Translations under genes and position numbers: made by a program | Shown: positions 61,038 through 64,000 of the stretch, piece by piece | Numbering within the stretch: the stretch's first letter is position 1 | Layout of the letters: the number at the start of each line of letters is the position of its first letter | Notes under the pieces: generated by a model | Databases searched by the model: none | What the model saw: only the letters and a program-made list of their open reading frames with translations | Told to the model about the DNA's origin: nothing | NCBI GenBank assembly: GCA_001822075.1 | Contig: MHPK01000002.1 | Location: 11,872 to 75,871, forward strand | DNA from: Candidatus Staskawiczbacteria bacterium RIFOXYB1_FULL_38_37 | Lineage (GTDB): Bacteria > Patescibacteriota > Minisyncoccia > Minisyncoccales > Staskawiczbacteraceae | Reading direction: 5' to 3' | Length of the DNA: 64,000 nt

Positions 61038-62209
61038 GAAATTTAAATAAAAAAATTAAAGTTTGCCATTCGGCCAGCGTAGACATGACAATAAAATTCC
61101 TTCTTTTAGACAGGCTCAAATTTCTTTTGAGCCAAGGATATGATGTTTACGCCACCTGCTCTCCGGGAAAATGGGTAAAAGACATAGAAGGAGATGGCAT
61201 AAAAGTAAAAACGGTCGGCTTTAAAAGAAAGCCATTTAGTCCGGTTTCTGACTTAGTTTCTTTTTCAAGATTGTTTTTTTATTTTAAAAAAGAAAAATTC
61301 CATATCGTGCATACGCATACTTTAAAGCCTGAATTTTACGGCCAGATAGCGGCAAAATTAGCGGGTGTCCCAATAATTATAAATACTTTGCACGGCTTTG
61401 ATTTTACAGAAGAAGACAGCTTTTTAAAGAAGAAAATAATCATTTTATTGCAAAAAATTGCGGCTTATTGTTCAGATGTTATTTTTGTTATAGCACAGCA
61501 TATTATTGACGGAATAAAAAAAGAAAAAATAACAGACGAAAACAAAATCAGATATTTAGGCAGGGACATTGATACTGAAAGATTTAATCCTGGCAGATTT
61601 GATAAAAATTTTATTGCAAGAAAAAAATTAGAACTGGGCATAAAAGAGAGCGCAAAGATTATAGGCATTGTGGCCAGATTAGTTAAAGAAAAAGGATATG
61701 TAGAGCTGTTTGAGGCGTTTAAAAATATTATTTTAAAATTTCCCGATACAGTTCTCTTGGTAGTCGGTCCGTTAGAGCCTGAAAAAAACGATTCAATAAA
61801 GCCAGAATTTGTCAAAGGTTTTGGAATTGAAAAAAGCGTTTTTTTTGTCGGAGACCAAAAAAAAATTGAAGAATTTTACGCTATTATGGATATTTTTGTT
61901 TTGCCTACCCATAGAGAAGGATTGGGCGCTGCCACCCTTGAAGCTTCATCAATGGAAAAGCCGGTCGTTGTTTCAAATATAGGAGGGTGTCCTGAGACCG
62001 TGGACGATAAAAAAACAGGATTTTTAGTGCCCGTAAGGGACGTAAAAAAAATAGAAGAAGCAATTATTTTTTTGCTGGAAAACAAAACCGCGGCAGAGGC
62101 GATAGGAAAAGCGGGCAGGAAAAAAGTTCTAAAACAGTTTAAAAAAGAAATAGTTTTTGAAAGGCTCGCAAAAGATTATCAGGAAATAATCAGCAAAAAA
62201 CTAATATAA
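61034..62209 (+). CDS. Glycosyltransferase family 4 (GT-B)
   Basis: HREGLGAATLEASSMEKPVVVSNIGGCPE. Confidence 0.85.
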   Translation: MRNLNKKIKVCHSASVDMTIKFLLLDRLKFLLSQGYDVYATCSPGKWVKDIEGDGIKVKTVGFKRKPFSPVSDLVSFSRLFFYFKKEKFHIVHTHTLKPEFYGQIAAKLAGVPIIINTLHGFDFTEEDSFLKKKIIILLQKIAAYCSDVIFVIAQHIIDGIKKEKITDENKIRYLGRDIDTERFNPGRFDKNFIARKKLELGIKESAKIIGIVARLVKEKGYVELFEAFKNIILKFPDTVLLVVGPLEPEKNDSIKPEFVKGFGIEKSVFFVGDQKKIEEFYAIMDIFVLPTHREGLGAATLEASSMEKPVVVSNIGGCPETVDDKKTGFLVPVRDVKKIEEAIIFLLENKTAAEAIGKAGRKKVLKQFKKEIVFERLAKDYQEIISKKLI

Positions 62210-62210
62210 T

Positions 62211-64000
62211 ATGAATGTAATCGGCAACAGCCTTGTAGTTTTCTTTTCTAAAATACTAATCGGCGCCTTTTTGTTTTTATCGCAAATTATTTTGGCCAGA
62301 GTCTTGGGTCCCGAAGGCCTTGGAGCCTATAATCTGTTTTTGGCGATTAACGGGATGGCTCTTTTATTGGGCAGTCTTGGATTTGGCACAGCTTCCATTT
62401 ATCTTTTGAACAAAGAGAAGAAGAACTTTTCCCAGCTTTTTTCCAACTCAATAATTTTTGGCTTTGCCTGGGGTTTATCATTGTCTTTTATAACGTTCTT
62501 GCTCTCAATTCTTTTTCCAGCCGCGTTCAACGGATTATCGTATAAATACGTTGTTATCGCCTTGGCAACAATACCATTTGTTATTCTTTATAACTATTGC
62601 CTGCCATTATTGTTAGCCAAATTTAAAATAATAACATGGTCAGCATTCTCTGTTCTGTATTCAATTTTTATTTTATCATTGAGCATTGTTTTCGTTTTGT
62701 TTTTCGGCTGGGGAATTGAGGGAGCTATTTACGCTGTTTTAATGACAGTTTTAATAAACTTTATTTTGATATTTTTTCACCTGCTAAAATCCTACAAGCT
62801 TATTCAACGTTTTGATTTCCCGTTATTTTTAAATCAGTTGAAGTTCGGCATCAGCACTTATTTGGGCGACATATTCAGCACCATCAATTTCAAACTTAAC
62901 GTTTTTGTGGTTAATATCTTTCTTGGAGTTTTAAACGTCGGATATTACTCTGTTTCTTATAATATAGCCGCTTTAATCTTTGTCATTCCTTATTCTTTGC
63001 AGCAAGTTTTGTATCCTGCATGGAGCTCTGTTTCAGAAGAAGAGGTTGATCAGAAAACTCCAAGGGTTGCCAGGCAAGCTTTCCTTTTCAGCCTTTTATC
63101 AGCTGTTTTTTTAGCCTTTATCGGCAGATTGTTTATATTATTTTTCTACGGTAGAGATTTTTTGCCGTCGATTACGCCGTTTTACTTCATTCTTCCAGGT
63201 GGCGTGTGCGCGGCATATGCTGGAATTTTTTTTAATAACTTTTTTGCCAAAGGAAAGCCGCACGTTACGAGCTTGATTCTTATAGCGTCTTTATTTTTAA
63301 ATATTTTATTTGATATTATTCTTATCCCAAAAATAGGGGTTGCCGGAGCTGCTTTAGCTGCTTCTATTTCTTATTTTTTCTCAGCGATATTGGCTGTTGC
63401 GCTTTTCTGGCGCATGACAAAAACTTCCATAAAAGAAATTATTTTTATCCGTTTTTCAGATATTACTATATTATATGGCCGTTTTTCCCATTTATTTACT
63501 TCGGTTGGCAAAATACTAAACGAAATCTCCAGCCAAGATATAAAGGGGTTGAAAGAATATTATGAAAAAAAGGCAGACGAATATGATATTATTAAAGAAA
63601 CATTTGAATCGCCCCGCCTCTATAAAAAAATTATGTATTCCTTGCGGGTTGAGAAGATGATGGCTATGCTTGAGCTGGAGGCATCGGACCGCGTTCTTGA
63701 AATTGGCTGTGGAGAAGGATATTACACAAAAAAAGTATTGCAAATATCAAAAAATGTTATCGCCACGGATATTTCAGAGAGATTTTTGCGGAAAGCAAAA
63801 AGAAACACCGGCAATATGGCAGAAGGTTATGTCTGCTGTCCGGCTGAGAATCTTCCGTTTCCCGACAATTCTTTTGACAAAGTCTTGATGTCGGAAGTCA
63901 TTGAACATCTTTTGGATTGGAGAGAAGGCGCGAAGGAAATTCGCCGGGTTTTAAAGCCGGGCGGAATCATGGTAATTTCCACTCCGAATAAACTTTCTTA
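62211..64000 (+). CDS. Wzx-type flippase fused in frame to a class I SAM-dependent methyltransferase (3' end beyond the window)
   Basis: Not in the supplied ORF track. Hand translation from the ATG at 62211 (MNVIGNSLVVFFSKILIGAFLFLSQIILARVLGPEGLGAYNLF...) found no stop through 64000. From about 63640 it reads DRVLEIGCGEGYYT...FDKVLMSEVIEHL...LKPGGIMVISTP. Confidence 0.7.
   Translation, partial: MNVIGNSLVVFFSKILIGAFLFLSQIILARVLGPEGLGAYNLFLAINGMALLLGSLGFGTASIYLLNKEKKNFSQLFSNSIIFGFAWGLSLSFITFLLSILFPAAFNGLSYKYVVIALATIPFVILYNYCLPLLLAKFKIITWSAFSVLYSIFILSLSIVFVLFFGWGIEGAIYAVLMTVLINFILIFFHLLKSYKLIQRFDFPLFLNQLKFGISTYLGDIFSTINFKLNVFVVNIFLGVLNVGYYSVSYNIAALIFVIPYSLQQVLYPAWSSVSEEEVDQKTPRVARQAFLFSLLSAVFLAFIGRLFILFFYGRDFLPSITPFYFILPGGVCAAYAGIFFNNFFAKGKPHVTSLILIASLFLNILFDIILIPKIGVAGAALAASISYFFSAILAVALFWRMTKTSIKEIIFIRFSDITILYGRFSHLFTSVGKILNEISSQDIKGLKEYYEKKADEYDIIKETFESPRLYKKIMYSLRVEKMMAMLELEASDRVLEIGCGEGYYTKKVLQISKNVIATDISERFLRKAKRNTGNMAEGYVCCPAENLPFPDNSFDKVLMSEVIEHLLDWREGAKEIRRVLKPGGIMVISTPNKLS

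Noticed and set aside
63516-63888. ORFs 63516-63743(-) and 63670-63888(+)
   Set aside because: Both lie within the long open frame starting at 62211, which encodes recognisable methyltransferase motifs there.
1-64000. Additional VR copies, CRISPR arrays, tRNA or rRNA genes
   Set aside because: The invariant DGR end ggcggacgaaacgccc occurs only at 3-18 and 486-501. I saw no spacer-interleaved direct repeat arrays, and no intergenic segment with tRNA-like or rRNA-like sequence. This is an eye scan only; tRNAscan, Infernal and a CRISPR finder should confirm.
1-64000. Alternative genetic code (UGA recoding, as in some candidate phyla)
   Set aside because: Many genes end in TGA at sensible lengths, often in ATGA stop/start overlaps (for example 34326-34329 and 55512-55519). 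No recognised domain needs read-through of an in-frame TGA.

Overview
The window is AT-rich (sampled 60-nt lines give 14/60 G+C in comEC) and tightly packed. Its gene content (ComEC, a lamin-tail-domain repeat protein, a giant PG-binding surface protein, an O-antigen-ligase/TPR protein, a DGR) fits a Patescibacteria/CPR-type bacterium best; this is an inference. It divides into four parts. (i) 1-1385 is a GC-rich island (30/60 and 38/60 G+C in sampled lines) carrying a partial diversity-generating retroelement. A template repeat at 1-115 and a variable repeat at 484-598 sit at the 3' end of minus-strand gene 470-1228. They differ only at template adenines, and the reverse transcriptase should lie just left of the window. 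(ii) 1.4-13 kb holds envelope and housekeeping genes: comEC, GT28-like and GT2 glycosyltransferases, a GH-A hydrolase, htrA and clpB. It also holds a candidate Phe/Tyr leader-peptide attenuator at 9106-9280, upstream of an orphan DAHP-synthase-type regulatory-domain protein. (iii) 13-22.7 kb holds a triple lamin-tail-domain protein, small regulators, an ECF sigma/anti-sigma pair and a 1135-aa PG-binding, Thr/Ser-rich surface protein. (iv) 22.7-64 kb holds a convergent O-antigen-ligase(Wzy_C)+TPR gene followed by more than 38 kb of co-directional, often ATGA-overlapping glycan genes. These include a pseudaminic-acid-like nonulosonic acid pathway, an ACP/AMP-ligase/Fe-ADH/LuxE/LuxC acyl module, two WbpG/PseA-type amidotransferases around HisH/HisF, methyltransferases, glycosyltransferases and two flippases. 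The last flippase is fused to a methyltransferase, runs off the window end, and is missing from the ORF track. A small inverted-repeat element (ACCCCGTTAGAA...TTCTAACGGGGT) occurs twice. I recognised no rRNA, tRNA or CRISPR array. All functional calls come from motif recognition by eye and no searches were run.
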